A stretch of 64,000 nt of DNA from Candidatus Bathyarchaeota archaeon. Lineage in GTDB: Archaea; Thermoproteota; Bathyarchaeia; Bathyarchaeales; Bathycorpusculaceae. The notes beneath the pieces were generated by a model. That model was not told the origin of the DNA. It made no database searches and was given only the letters and a program-made list of their open reading frames with translations. A program made the position numbers and the translations under genes. Location: assembly GCA_963828195.1 (NCBI GenBank), contig CAWHDT010000001.1, positions 320,001-384,000 of the forward strand, read 5' to 3'. This document shows, one piece after another, positions 48,618 through 58,834 of the stretch; position 1 is the stretch's first letter, and each line of letters opens with the position of its first letter.

Positions 48618-50813
48618 TTGGGGTTCAGAAACTTTTTTTGTTTTGTTCTCATTCTTATTTTAGCTGTGTCCTTTTTTTCTTTATCGATGAGTTTTACCCA
48701 TGCAGTCAGCAGCGGACCTGTACTCAGTGTAGTGCTTTCAGGAACTATTAATGATTCGACTCTTCCTACTGTGGCAGTTGGTTCCACCTTTAGCGTAGAT
48801 GTGCGAATAGACAACACAGGCAGTGTAAATCCTGGCATTAACTCAATCAGTTTCACATTAACTTGGAATCCTGCGGTGTTGCAGTGCATTAACGCAGCGG
48901 ATGGAACCTTCCTGCCAAACCAATCCAATTCAGGAGATCGTTCACCCGATAACAACGTTGGAAATGTCACATATGGCCTCAGTGTTCTCGATGCAAGCAA
49001 CCCAATGGATTGCGAGCCAGGGGGAAGTACCGGAGTGGTTGCCACTGTTACATTCCAAGTGTTGGAATCGGCTCAAAGCGGGCTCAACATTGTACCCAGC
49101 AGCCAAAACGTCGTATACCTTACATACCCTAACGGCAGCGGAAATAGCTTAAATGTGACCAACACACAAATTGTTGACGCCCTATTCAACCAAATGCTTA
49201 CCTCAATTAACGTCTACCAACTTAACACAAGCAATTCGACAATCCAATTTCCCTATGGAACTGATCCGATATACAACACCTTCACTGTAGATGTAAACAT
49301 CACTAATGCTGCGGCAGAACCCATATGGGCTTGGAGCATTGGCGTCTACTGGAACCCACAAGTGCTCCAATTGGACACAATAACTCAAGGAAACTACTTG
49401 ACAAATGTTGGCGGTCTCTATGACGGTAGCCCTACATTGTTCATTGCTGGCCCGATAGACAACACCGCAGGTCCTTTCCCAGTTGACAACGTTCATGGCA
49501 CAATCGATCAAGGAATAAGTGATGTGTACCTTTCGAACACTACAACCACCAAGCTGTCCGGTAGCCTATGCATCTTGACTTTCCAAGTTATCAGCTACGG
49601 CAATAGCTACATTAACATAACAACGGGCAATCCAACTCTAATTGACAACTTGGGCAATTCACAACCAGTTGTTTTAAACGAGGGACAGTACGTAGGTGTG
49701 ACTCCGCCACCACCAAAAGCACCAACTGCAATAATCCACAATGAAGCGGCAACTACAAGTTTTCTACCAGGAGCAACAATCACATTGGACGCGTTTAGTT
49801 CAACGCCTGGATCGGATGTTACTCCAAACCCTAATACACCGAATTTTCCAATATTATCTTACACATGGGCTGTCAGCGGAATATCTGGGTTTACTATACC
49901 CTCAAGCGGCAGCTCAATTACTTTTCTAGCACCGAACCCGGCAAGTTCATTCCTCGTCACCCTGACCGTTTCCACAGCACCTAACCCCGCAGACCCAAAC
50001 TATGTGAGCACAGACAGCGCCTCTATTGAGTTCGACCCTGCATATCAACAGCTGACAAGTGCTGGTGCTCAAATTGATCTGTACATAGTTAATCCCAACC
50101 CGACAAACACGTCGTACCCAATTAAATTTCCAACCAGCCAAGGAATCTACAACAACACTTCTCCGACCGGTTCTTATGTTGATACATTTTCTCCAGAGGA
50201 AGAGTTGGATCTCCAAACGTTCATCGTGTACAACGGTGCGGCAGTGCCAAATACGCTAGTGACCTTTGTTGTAACCCCTGAGAATAATCCGTCAGATGTC
50301 CTAGCAAACTTTGTAGCATATTCTAACGATAATGGGTATGCAACAGCAACATACCGTCTTCCGACGTATAACGACGCCGATATGCCCTTCGGTAATTATA
50401 CAGTCACTGCTTTTGTTGACATAGCTCAGGTGAGAGTAAGTGACTGCTTTACCTTCCAATTTAACTACGTGCTCAATATATACTCAGTAACGCAACCACC
50501 GGAAACTGCAAGAGGACAACAAACGAGCTTCACAGCAACCATACAATGCAATTCTTTCATAGAACAAAATTACTTTTTAAGCTGGACTTTAACGGACAGC
50601 AACAACGTGCCAATCATTTCAGGTGAGACTTCCGGAACAGCTTTTCCAGGCAGCGGAAACATCCAATACGTAACATTGACTATTCCAACATACTCCTACA
50701 ATGGAACAGCAACCCTGCACGTAAACTTGTTCAATGGTAACCCCGAGTTTCTGTCTCAAGATGCTCTACCATACTGTCCGGAAAGCGATCAGTCCTTAAC
50801 AATATTGCCCTAA
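48618..50813 (+). CDS. scaffoldin-like secreted protein, paralogue of 45739-47937 (two cohesins)
   Basis: Collinear with 45739 (GLYDGS.TLFIAG.IDN, GNPTLIDNLGNSQ, SQGI.NNT, LPYCPE.DQ). Confidence 0.82.
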   Translation: MGFRNFFCFVLILILAVSFFSLSMSFTHAVSSGPVLSVVLSGTINDSTLPTVAVGSTFSVDVRIDNTGSVNPGINSISFTLTWNPAVLQCINAADGTFLPNQSNSGDRSPDNNVGNVTYGLSVLDASNPMDCEPGGSTGVVATVTFQVLESAQSGLNIVPSSQNVVYLTYPNGSGNSLNVTNTQIVDALFNQMLTSINVYQLNTSNSTIQFPYGTDPIYNTFTVDVNITNAAAEPIWAWSIGVYWNPQVLQLDTITQGNYLTNVGGLYDGSPTLFIAGPIDNTAGPFPVDNVHGTIDQGISDVYLSNTTTTKLSGSLCILTFQVISYGNSYINITTGNPTLIDNLGNSQPVVLNEGQYVGVTPPPPKAPTAIIHNEAATTSFLPGATITLDAFSSTPGSDVTPNPNTPNFPILSYTWAVSGISGFTIPSSGSSITFLAPNPASSFLVTLTVSTAPNPADPNYVSTDSASIEFDPAYQQLTSAGAQIDLYIVNPNPTNTSYPIKFPTSQGIYNNTSPTGSYVDTFSPEEELDLQTFIVYNGAAVPNTLVTFVVTPENNPSDVLANFVAYSNDNGYATATYRLPTYNDADMPFGNYTVTAFVDIAQVRVSDCFTFQFNYVLNIYSVTQPPETARGQQTSFTATIQCNSFIEQNYFLSWTLTDSNNVPIISGETSGTAFPGSGNIQYVTLTIPTYSYNGTATLHVNLFNGNPEFLSQDALPYCPESDQSLTILP

Positions 50814-51044
50814 CATGGATACAGCACAAAACCACATCTTTTTTGGACTATTAACCCTGAATATGTCTAAGATTTTAGACTTTGTTTAGGCGTAAACTGA
50901 GTAGAGCGATAATTGAGGAGGACATATAGATAGCGAGAAAAAATAGGCGAGCGGGATTGATTTAATTGATTAATAAGCTTTTTTTCTTCAAGTTTGGAGC
51001 TTTTAATAAGGCAGAATTTGAGTGCCCCATCCTCAAAGCAACTT

Positions 51045-51095
51045 CTATATAGATTCTTTAAATCTCAATACACTATTTTGGATAAGCTAAATAGT
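51045..51095 (+). promoter_or_regulatory. CTATATAG-N20-CTATT.(T)CG/GG followed by TATA-like element
   Basis: Same layout at 53519 and 55882 (28-nt offset). Confidence 0.55.
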
Positions 51096-51130
51096 CCTTT
51101 TGCGAAATACAAACGCAGGAAGGGAGCAAA

Positions 51131-52135
51131 ATGAAAAAATTAATAGTATCATTTCTTTGTTGCTTACTGATAGTTTCCGCTTCAATAGCTTTGGTTAGTG
51201 CAACCTCGCAATTGACTTTGACAGCCACTTGTGATAGTGCTTTATATGATCGAAATACCACTTTAACTTTTAGTGGAAGTATGGTGTATAACAATTACGA
51301 ATATCTACAATATCCAAGCGACGGCTTAGTCGGTATACAAATCGTGGACCCGACCGGATATACAACAGTAATAAGAACCCTGAGAACGGGGACTTCAATG
51401 CCTAACAACATAACCGCTTACATAGACTCAGCATATTTATGCAATGTTGCTGGCAACCCGCAGACAAGTGTTCTTCTGCCAACCGCAGACAACGGAGAAG
51501 TCCCATATTACTATATTCAAGTTCAGAATAACGCTGCTATAGGAGTCCCAATGTTGCTAACAATGAACATATTTGACAGCAACGGAATTCCAATCACTTC
51601 AACGTATCAATGGGTAACGCCGGGCGCCTATTCCACATCCTTCGTCCAAACAAACTTCAATATCGACTCAGATGCGCACTACGGAATAGCAACCGCCTAC
51701 GTCAACGTCTACTCTAATTGGCCCAGCCTAGGAGGAATCCCGTATGGTTTGGAACAATCATTCCAGTTCACCATAACCGGCGGTCCAGCATTTACAGGAA
51801 ACCCCAGCATGACTACAAGCGGAAATGGCCTCTACTCCTTAAACTATACAGTGCCTAAAATTGCAAACTTGGGCACCTACACAGTGTACACCACAGCCAA
51901 CTACCTGGGCGCTCCCGCTTCAGCAAGCACCACATTCCAAGTTCAACAATTGGGCGATTTAAACGGCGACGGCAAAGTAAACTTTACTGATCTAACAATT
52001 TTTGTTGCCGACTACATAGCCTACTATAATAGTGGCGTATATAATCCGCTTATAGACCTTAATCACGACGGAAAAGTAAACTTTGCCGACTTACAAGCCT
52101 TCGTACATGATTACATAGTGTATTGGAGTTCATAA
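51131..52135 (+). CDS. secreted Ig-like protein with C-terminal dockerin
   Basis: GDLNGDGKVNFTD...IDLNHDGKVNFAD. Confidence 0.85.
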   Translation: MKKLIVSFLCCLLIVSASIALVSATSQLTLTATCDSALYDRNTTLTFSGSMVYNNYEYLQYPSDGLVGIQIVDPTGYTTVIRTLRTGTSMPNNITAYIDSAYLCNVAGNPQTSVLLPTADNGEVPYYYIQVQNNAAIGVPMLLTMNIFDSNGIPITSTYQWVTPGAYSTSFVQTNFNIDSDAHYGIATAYVNVYSNWPSLGGIPYGLEQSFQFTITGGPAFTGNPSMTTSGNGLYSLNYTVPKIANLGTYTVYTTANYLGAPASASTTFQVQQLGDLNGDGKVNFTDLTIFVADYIAYYNSGVYNPLIDLNHDGKVNFADLQAFVHDYIVYWSS

Positions 52136-52140
52136 AATAG

Positions 52141-53487
52141 ATGAAAAAAACAGCAGCATGTCTATTAGTACTCTTAGCCCTCGCTTTCTTAATTTTTCCA
52201 TTAACCAATCTGGCTAAAGCTCAAAACGGGCCAACAGTGACCCTTACACCTTCACAAGTTACTGTAAGCCAAGTAAACCAAATTTTCGCAATTAGCATCA
52301 CAATATCTAATGTTCAAAACCTATTTTCGTGGGAAGCAGATGTGTATTGGGACCCGACAGTTCTTAACCTGACAAGTACTCCTGCGGAAGGCAACTTTCT
52401 GTCAGATTCAGGAGCGTATAACACCGAATTCATTCCAATAAGTATAAACACTGTACATTATCCGCCGCCTTCGAACATACCCAACGATGCAGGCGAGGAC
52501 ATTTCAGGCATAATTCTTTCTCAAGGTGGCGTCAATGGCACTGGAACTTTAGCTACACTTCAATTCCAAGTAGTAGCCGAAAGTGCATCAACCACAATAT
52601 ACCTCTATATCGTCGGCCTCAGTGCATACTCTCTAGCTAGTAATGGTGCAGGGGTCGACATTACTCCAACATCGAATTCCGCAACCGCAACCGTCTCATT
52701 TGCCTCCACAGGAGCACCATCAGCAAATGCTGGCCCAGACCAAACAGTTTCAGAAGGCTCAACCGTAACCTTTGACGGATCAAAATCGATTTCCACAGGC
52801 TCCAACCCAACTTACAAATGGACCTTCAACGACACCACACCACAAACACTTACCGGCGTGACTCAAACCTACACATTTAACACTCCAGGAATATACCTTG
52901 TCACCTTAACTCTCACAGACTCATACGGTACCAGCACCTCCACAGTAACTATAACGGTGCAAAGCAACTCCCCGCCAGTCGCAGAAATCACAATTGAGGG
53001 ACTTACTCAGGGACAAAATGCCGCAACGGGACAACCAATTACCTTCGACGGGTCAGGAAGCTACGAAGCGAACAACGGAACCATAGCAAAGTACATCTGG
53101 GCAGCTTCTTCAGGAGCCGCAGACGACTTAGTCGATACGACACAAATAGGCTCAGATGTCACAATAACTCACACCTTTTCAGACCCGGGAGAGTACAACA
53201 TAACTTTAACGGTTTTCGATGCGACAAATCTTACCGCCACAAACTCAACCACACTTACAGTCGTGAAAGGCACAAGCACTAGTCCTTCTCCCACTGAAAC
53301 CTCAACTCCAAACACAGGCTCAAGTCCTTCTCCTGCAACCTCAAGTTCAAACACAAGCTCCCCTACTCCAGTCCCAGACACCACCATACAATCATCTGGT
53401 GTGCCCCCAGACATTTTAGCTATCTTGATAATAGTTACAATTGCTGTTTTGGCAGGCTCAACCTTCTGGCTACGAAAAAGAACTTGA
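52141..53487 (+). CDS. membrane-anchored cohesin + two PKD domains
   Basis: Cohesin ITISNVQNLFSW...WDPTVLN..EGNFL; PKD ANAGPDQ..VTFDGS..Y.W; S/T/P linker; C-terminal TM + RKRT. Confidence 0.85.
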   Translation: MKKTAACLLVLLALAFLIFPLTNLAKAQNGPTVTLTPSQVTVSQVNQIFAISITISNVQNLFSWEADVYWDPTVLNLTSTPAEGNFLSDSGAYNTEFIPISINTVHYPPPSNIPNDAGEDISGIILSQGGVNGTGTLATLQFQVVAESASTTIYLYIVGLSAYSLASNGAGVDITPTSNSATATVSFASTGAPSANAGPDQTVSEGSTVTFDGSKSISTGSNPTYKWTFNDTTPQTLTGVTQTYTFNTPGIYLVTLTLTDSYGTSTSTVTITVQSNSPPVAEITIEGLTQGQNAATGQPITFDGSGSYEANNGTIAKYIWAASSGAADDLVDTTQIGSDVTITHTFSDPGEYNITLTVFDATNLTATNSTTLTVVKGTSTSPSPTETSTPNTGSSPSPATSSSNTSSPTPVPDTTIQSSGVPPDILAILIIVTIAVLAGSTFWLRKRT

Positions 53488-53606
53488 GACACAAAAATTT
53501 GCTGCTCTAAAACATTTTCTATATAGATTATACAGAACACAATATACTATTTTCGATAACCTGAATAATTCCATGGCTGACAGTAGTGGGCGGGAGAAAA
53601 ATTTAC

Positions 53607-54383
53607 ATGAATAAACCGCTGATAGTAGTGTTTTTAATCGCAATCACATTGACAACCATATTTGCATTAAGCGTTGCAAACGCCGCAGCTACAACGCCAA
53701 CTGTCGGCGTTGATTCAGCTACTCAGCAGTTTCCTTCCGCGCAAGTCGGAGATTTAATTCAAGTAAATATTACCGTAAGCAACGTCCAAGACCTTTGGTC
53801 ATGGTCCATGGTTAATCTTACATATAACCCTAGAATCTTAAATATAACTCGAGCAACTGAAGGTCCTTTTCTTCAACGAGCAGGACAAACAGAATTCGTT
53901 TGGCCCTATAATCCTGCAGGCGTCAGCATGGGCTTGATTCCAGAAATAGATAACATACTGCTTGAACAAGCGTCTGAAAGCGGTAGTGGCGTGCTTGTAA
54001 CATTAACCTTCCAAGTAATATCTTTAGGCACTTCTCCACTTTCCTTCGGTCAAATGGTAATGTATAACTCCAGCCAAATTGCCAACATTGAAAACCCCAT
54101 AGCAATGAACGTCAACGCAGTCAACGCAAACATAGTAGTTGGAAGCTCATCCAATCCAACAGCTAGCGCTTCATCGACTAATCCGACTCAAACCCCTTCA
54201 AACTTGGCACCGGAATTCCCCCTGACTGTCATGCTTGCATTGTTGATTATTGCTGTAACCGCGACGACTCTGTTTATTGTTCGAAACAATAGACACGGAA
54301 AAAAAACTAGCAACTTTACCTTCTTTGTCAACACAGCAAACTTTTCAGCTATCATGTCGGCACTTCGAAACCTTTCCATTTAA
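53607..54383 (+). CDS. cohesin protein with PEF-CTERM anchor
   Basis: Cohesin type B; APEFP + TM + basic tail; ATG 53607 preferred. Confidence 0.85.
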   Translation: MNKPLIVVFLIAITLTTIFALSVANAAATTPTVGVDSATQQFPSAQVGDLIQVNITVSNVQDLWSWSMVNLTYNPRILNITRATEGPFLQRAGQTEFVWPYNPAGVSMGLIPEIDNILLEQASESGSGVLVTLTFQVISLGTSPLSFGQMVMYNSSQIANIENPIAMNVNAVNANIVVGSSSNPTASASSTNPTQTPSNLAPEFPLTVMLALLIIAVTATTLFIVRNNRHGKKTSNFTFFVNTANFSAIMSALRNLSI

Positions 54384-54596
54384 CAGTTTAGTGTTTATCT
54401 TTAATTCAATGCCTTTGCTCTGTTGATTAAGCGATTATCCGCAAAAATGGGGGACATTATCTCGATCTACACAAATTACAAGTTAAGGTTAAAGAAATCT
54501 TACCTGCTTTACATAAACGGAAGGGAGAGTTTTATGCGTTCTACAAGAAGTGGCACATTTCAATGTGGCTTAGTTCAAAGTGATAAAGCGAGGGCA

Positions 54597-55439
54597 CTGA
54601 AGCGTAAAACCTCACTTTGTTCACTCTTAGTTATCATTATTGCAATATCGGTCTTTTCCATGGAATTCCACCTTGTTAGCGCTGACAACACCTCCACCCC
54701 GGTGCTTAGTGTTGTTCCAACAGGCGCACCTGGTGCCACTGTTAATTCAACCCAGATACCTGCTGTTGCTGTTGGTTCAACGTTTACCGTAGATATTCGC
54801 GTCAACAATATTGGAAATGTTACCCCTGGTATCGACGGTTTAAGCTACTCTCTAACCTACGACCCATCAGTACTTAACGTGACGGCCTTCCAAACAAAAC
54901 AAACATCATTTTGGGGTTACGACAGCAGCGACATTACATCAATCGTCACCCAAGTGCCAGCCGGCACCTTTACGGAGAGCGCTATTATCCTTCCTTCTGG
55001 TGCTCCTGATGAAGCCACAAATACGCCTGGGGTTGCGACACAAGTAACTTTTACGGTGCTTGCGGCTGGTCAGAGCAATATTACTTTTGCGCCAAGTGAT
55101 GTGGGAATTGCTTTTTTAGATTATCCAGACAGCGCAGGCGTTGGCCACGATATAGTCGCCAGCACAGTAGACGCAATCTACGGGGTTTTGCCTTCTCCAA
55201 CACAGACTCTATCCCCTTCTCCCACACTGATTCTAACTCCTTCACCTAAACCGACTTTAACCACTACTCAATCAGAAACAGCCTCAACTACAGTTTCACC
55301 TTCGTCTACCTTGCCGAGAGAAGTTTTATCAAACTCAACACCGGAATTTCCTGTAACTCTTATACTGGCTTTGCTGATCATTACCGTAACATTATCAACC
55401 CTGAAATTTTCCAAAAATAGAAAAGCTAGAAAGAAATAA
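54597..55439 (+). CDS. cohesin protein with PEF-CTERM anchor (start uncertain: CTG 54597 or ATG 54534)
   Basis: Cohesin type A; TPEFP + TM + KNRKARKK; LKRKTSLCSLL aligns with paralogue starts. Confidence 0.82.
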   Translation: MKRKTSLCSLLVIIIAISVFSMEFHLVSADNTSTPVLSVVPTGAPGATVNSTQIPAVAVGSTFTVDIRVNNIGNVTPGIDGLSYSLTYDPSVLNVTAFQTKQTSFWGYDSSDITSIVTQVPAGTFTESAIILPSGAPDEATNTPGVATQVTFTVLAAGQSNITFAPSDVGIAFLDYPDSAGVGHDIVASTVDAIYGVLPSPTQTLSPSPTLILTPSPKPTLTTTQSETASTTVSPSSTLPREVLSNSTPEFPVTLILALLIITVTLSTLKFSKNRKARKK

Positions 55440-55968
55440 CAGCTTTCTTATTTTTTACTCGGACAAACTCTTGCAAATCATTAAACGATTTGCAATTACT
55501 AGTAATTTCAGTCAACAAAGAGTTACAAAGGCTGAATAGATTCTGCCCGAATATTTAAGGAGATAATAGCTAGCTGCTATCTTTGATACTCATGGTCATT
55601 AGTCCGGAAAAAAGCATTGCTGTTGTTAACATCGCAGTTTATTGATTAGTTACAAACAGGTAATTCTACATCAGTAACATTAATTGCTCTTTGAATAACT
55701 TGGAGTGTAGTTGGATTTGTTTTAGTTGAAGCTTGGTCTTGTAGAAAAGCCGACAGCACTCCATTACTTCAACCATCAAGTATTAGTTGAAATCAAGCTG
55801 GGTAGCCTTCAAACTGTATCTAGTCAGGAAATTCAGCAATAGTCCTAAATAAAATACAGTGGGTTAATAATAGAAAATTTTCTATATAGTTAATACAGAA
55901 CTCAATAGACTATTATCGATAACCTGAATAATTGCCAGTAAAACATTAGCGCAGAGAAGGAATTAACC

Positions 55969-56760
55969 GTGAAAAAATTGGCTCTATCCTTGCTTTTTGT
56001 AGCAGTCATGCTAGCAAGCCTCATCATGATAAACCCAACACACGCCAGTGTTACGCCAACAATAACCGTTGATCCAGCTACTCAACAGTTCCCTTCCGCA
56101 CAAGTCGGAAACACAATTCAGGTTAACATCACCATAAGTAACGTCCAAAATCTATGGGCCTGGGGAATAGACTTAATCATTTATAACCCTACAATTTTGA
56201 ATTTAACAAGTGTAGCAGAAGGTCCTTTTCTTCAGGAATCGGGACAACAAACACTTTTCATAGCGGATTATACGGCATACTATAGCGAAAATTATGGCTA
56301 CATTAATCAAACTAACGACATAATTGACAGTTCTTATACTGGCGTCAACGGAAGCGGTGTTCTTGCGACTTTGGGCTTTCAAGTTTTATCTATAGGAACT
56401 TCACAAATTGATTTTACCCCGCCAAACCTTAGAGATTCAAGCCAAAACCCCATCACATGCAATGCAGTTAACGTAACCTTAACCGTAGGAACCCCATCGA
56501 ACCCCACCGCTAGCCCATCCCCGACTCCTATAACAACTGCTTTGCCAACACCTACACTAACCACTTCACCTACACCCACAACTTCACCGACCCAATCAGA
56601 CAGCACCTCACCCGCAGCTTCAGCATCTCCCTCCCCGACTCAAAGCCCACCAAACTCAGCACCCGAATTCCCAACGGCCTTCGTGCTGCTTTCATTAATC
56701 CTTGCTGTAACGATTTGCACTCTATTGATTGCCCAAAACAATAAACACAGAAAAAAATAG
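55969..56760 (+). CDS. cohesin protein with PEF-CTERM anchor
   Basis: Cohesin type B; P/T linker; APEFP + TM + KHRKK. Confidence 0.85.
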   Translation: MKKLALSLLFVAVMLASLIMINPTHASVTPTITVDPATQQFPSAQVGNTIQVNITISNVQNLWAWGIDLIIYNPTILNLTSVAEGPFLQESGQQTLFIADYTAYYSENYGYINQTNDIIDSSYTGVNGSGVLATLGFQVLSIGTSQIDFTPPNLRDSSQNPITCNAVNVTLTVGTPSNPTASPSPTPITTALPTPTLTTSPTPTTSPTQSDSTSPAASASPSPTQSPPNSAPEFPTAFVLLSLILAVTICTLLIAQNNKHRKK

Positions 56761-57054
56761 CGCTCCTTCACCTTTTTTATTACCCGTATCAAACTATTCA
56801 GCTTAAGCGTTGCCAAATAACAAAAGTTTTATTGAGATCAATGCTTATTCCTGATTCAATATTTCCACATTCGTCAATCGTAACAGATTATAGTAAAAGG
56901 GGAAAACTATATTGACTATACTAATTATTTAGTTAACGTTAAAAAACCCCGACCACTTACTCCATCATGAAAGGAGAGAATTCTACGAGGTCTACGAAAA
57001 GTAGCTCCAGCCCTCATCAAGCTGGATTTGTTCAAATTCATAAAGGTGAGCTAA

Positions 57055-58725
57055 GTGAAACATAAAAGCGCACTTTGCTTATTCTTAGTTATAATTATAG
57101 GCATATCCGTTCTTTCTATGACATTCCATCTCATTAGTGCCGACAACAGCACTGAACCTATTTTAAGTGTTGTTCCAACAGGCGCACCTGGTGCCACTGT
57201 TAATTCAACCCAGATACCTGCTGTTGCTGTCGGTTCAACATTTACTGTAGACATTCGCGTTAACAATATTGCCAGTGTTACTCAAGGGATTAATGGTTTA
57301 AGCTACAGTCTAACTTATGATCCAACGGTACTCCAGTTAACGGCACATACCACAAAACTAGCATCATTCTGGGGTGACACAGCTGGCGACGTTACATCAA
57401 TCGTCACTCAAAGCAGCGGCGTCTTCACCGAAGCTGCAATCATCATTCCATCCGGAGCGCCAGATGAATCTACAACCACACCAGGTGTTGCAACACAATT
57501 AACCTTCACAGTGCTAACTACAGGACAAAGTAACCTTAACTTCCAGCCGAGCGATGTTGGTGTTGCATACTTAGGCTATCCAGATAGCGCAGGAGTTAGC
57601 CACGACGTAGTTGCTAACCCAGTAGACGCAGTATACGGGGCTTCGTCTTCTCCGACCCCAACTCCAACAACTAGTCCCTCACCAACTCCAACTCCCACAC
57701 CAACCACTCCCCCTACATCCGGCTCGATTCAAGATCCAAAAGCAATAATTAACATCCAAAATGGAACAACATATCAACTTGGCGGCCAAATAGCGTTAGA
57801 CGGGAGCTCCTCAACTCCAGGCTTCGATGGAACTCCATGTCCTATATCCAATTACGCTTGGTTAGTTCAATATCAAAACAATTCAGTATTAGGGGTTTAT
57901 AGTGGTCCAACGGTATCAATTACACCAACCGGCATCGCTGCTCTGAATGTAACCTTAATCGTAACAGCTATGGACCTTAATCCTAGTCCAAGTCCAAGTT
58001 ACACAAACACTTCTTACGCTACGGTTTGGATAAATGTTGAATCACCTCAGCAGTTAACACAGATTGATGTTTTCACAAATAACGGCGGAATCGGACAAGA
58101 TGTTGCCAGTGGTCCCTTTGCCCCACAACAACTAGTTCAAGTATACGCCTATGTTACTTACGGCGGTGCTTCCGTAGCAAACAAGGACGTAGCCTTTACT
58201 GTTCTTAGCCCTAACGGCACAATTGTTGCAGTCGAATCTGCCTTAACAAACTCAACTGGATACGCATATATTGCTTATAGGACACCTTGGCTTGATAACG
58301 CCCCTACAGATTTCGGCATTTGGTCAATCATCGCTACAGTTGACATAGCCCAAGTTATAGTAACTGACACAGTTACATTCGATTACAACTACTTGGTCAC
58401 AATCAATGGTATAACATTGCCCCAATCCGTTGACAGACAGTCTCCAATAACCATCAGTGTTGCTATCCAAGACACAGACAACACAACACTTCCAATAACT
58501 GTTACCTTTACAATATGTGACGCAAACCAAGTGCCAATAGACACGTATATTTCCAATCCAATTACTATAACGCAAAGCACATCAGTTACCGAAACATTCA
58601 CAATTCCTTCATGGGCATTCGTCGGAACAGCAACAGTTTATGTCAATGTTTTGACTACTACTCCAGGAGGTACTTCAGTCCCATATTCACCTGAAGAAAC
58701 AGCAACCTTCCAAATACTCTCTTAA
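57055..58725 (+). CDS. secreted cohesin + PKD-like + C-terminal Ig-like pair
   Basis: Cohesin type A; PT linker; FAPQQLV...ATVDIAQV; IPSWAFVGTAT. Confidence 0.83.
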   Translation: MKHKSALCLFLVIIIGISVLSMTFHLISADNSTEPILSVVPTGAPGATVNSTQIPAVAVGSTFTVDIRVNNIASVTQGINGLSYSLTYDPTVLQLTAHTTKLASFWGDTAGDVTSIVTQSSGVFTEAAIIIPSGAPDESTTTPGVATQLTFTVLTTGQSNLNFQPSDVGVAYLGYPDSAGVSHDVVANPVDAVYGASSSPTPTPTTSPSPTPTPTPTTPPTSGSIQDPKAIINIQNGTTYQLGGQIALDGSSSTPGFDGTPCPISNYAWLVQYQNNSVLGVYSGPTVSITPTGIAALNVTLIVTAMDLNPSPSPSYTNTSYATVWINVESPQQLTQIDVFTNNGGIGQDVASGPFAPQQLVQVYAYVTYGGASVANKDVAFTVLSPNGTIVAVESALTNSTGYAYIAYRTPWLDNAPTDFGIWSIIATVDIAQVIVTDTVTFDYNYLVTINGITLPQSVDRQSPITISVAIQDTDNTTLPITVTFTICDANQVPIDTYISNPITITQSTSVTETFTIPSWAFVGTATVYVNVLTTTPGGTSVPYSPEETATFQILS

Positions 58726-58834
58726 GGTGAACATAAGCTGCTCAAAACAAACACGAGGATAACAGCGACTGAAAAAATCAGAAGCGTTCAATTAAGTCTA
58801 TTTCAGATGTTACGATTTTTCCGGGGTTGCACAA

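Noticed and set aside
43234-49045. Long antisense ORFs (43234-43797, 45564-45980, 48476-49045)
   Set aside because: Shadows of well-supported genes on the opposite strand
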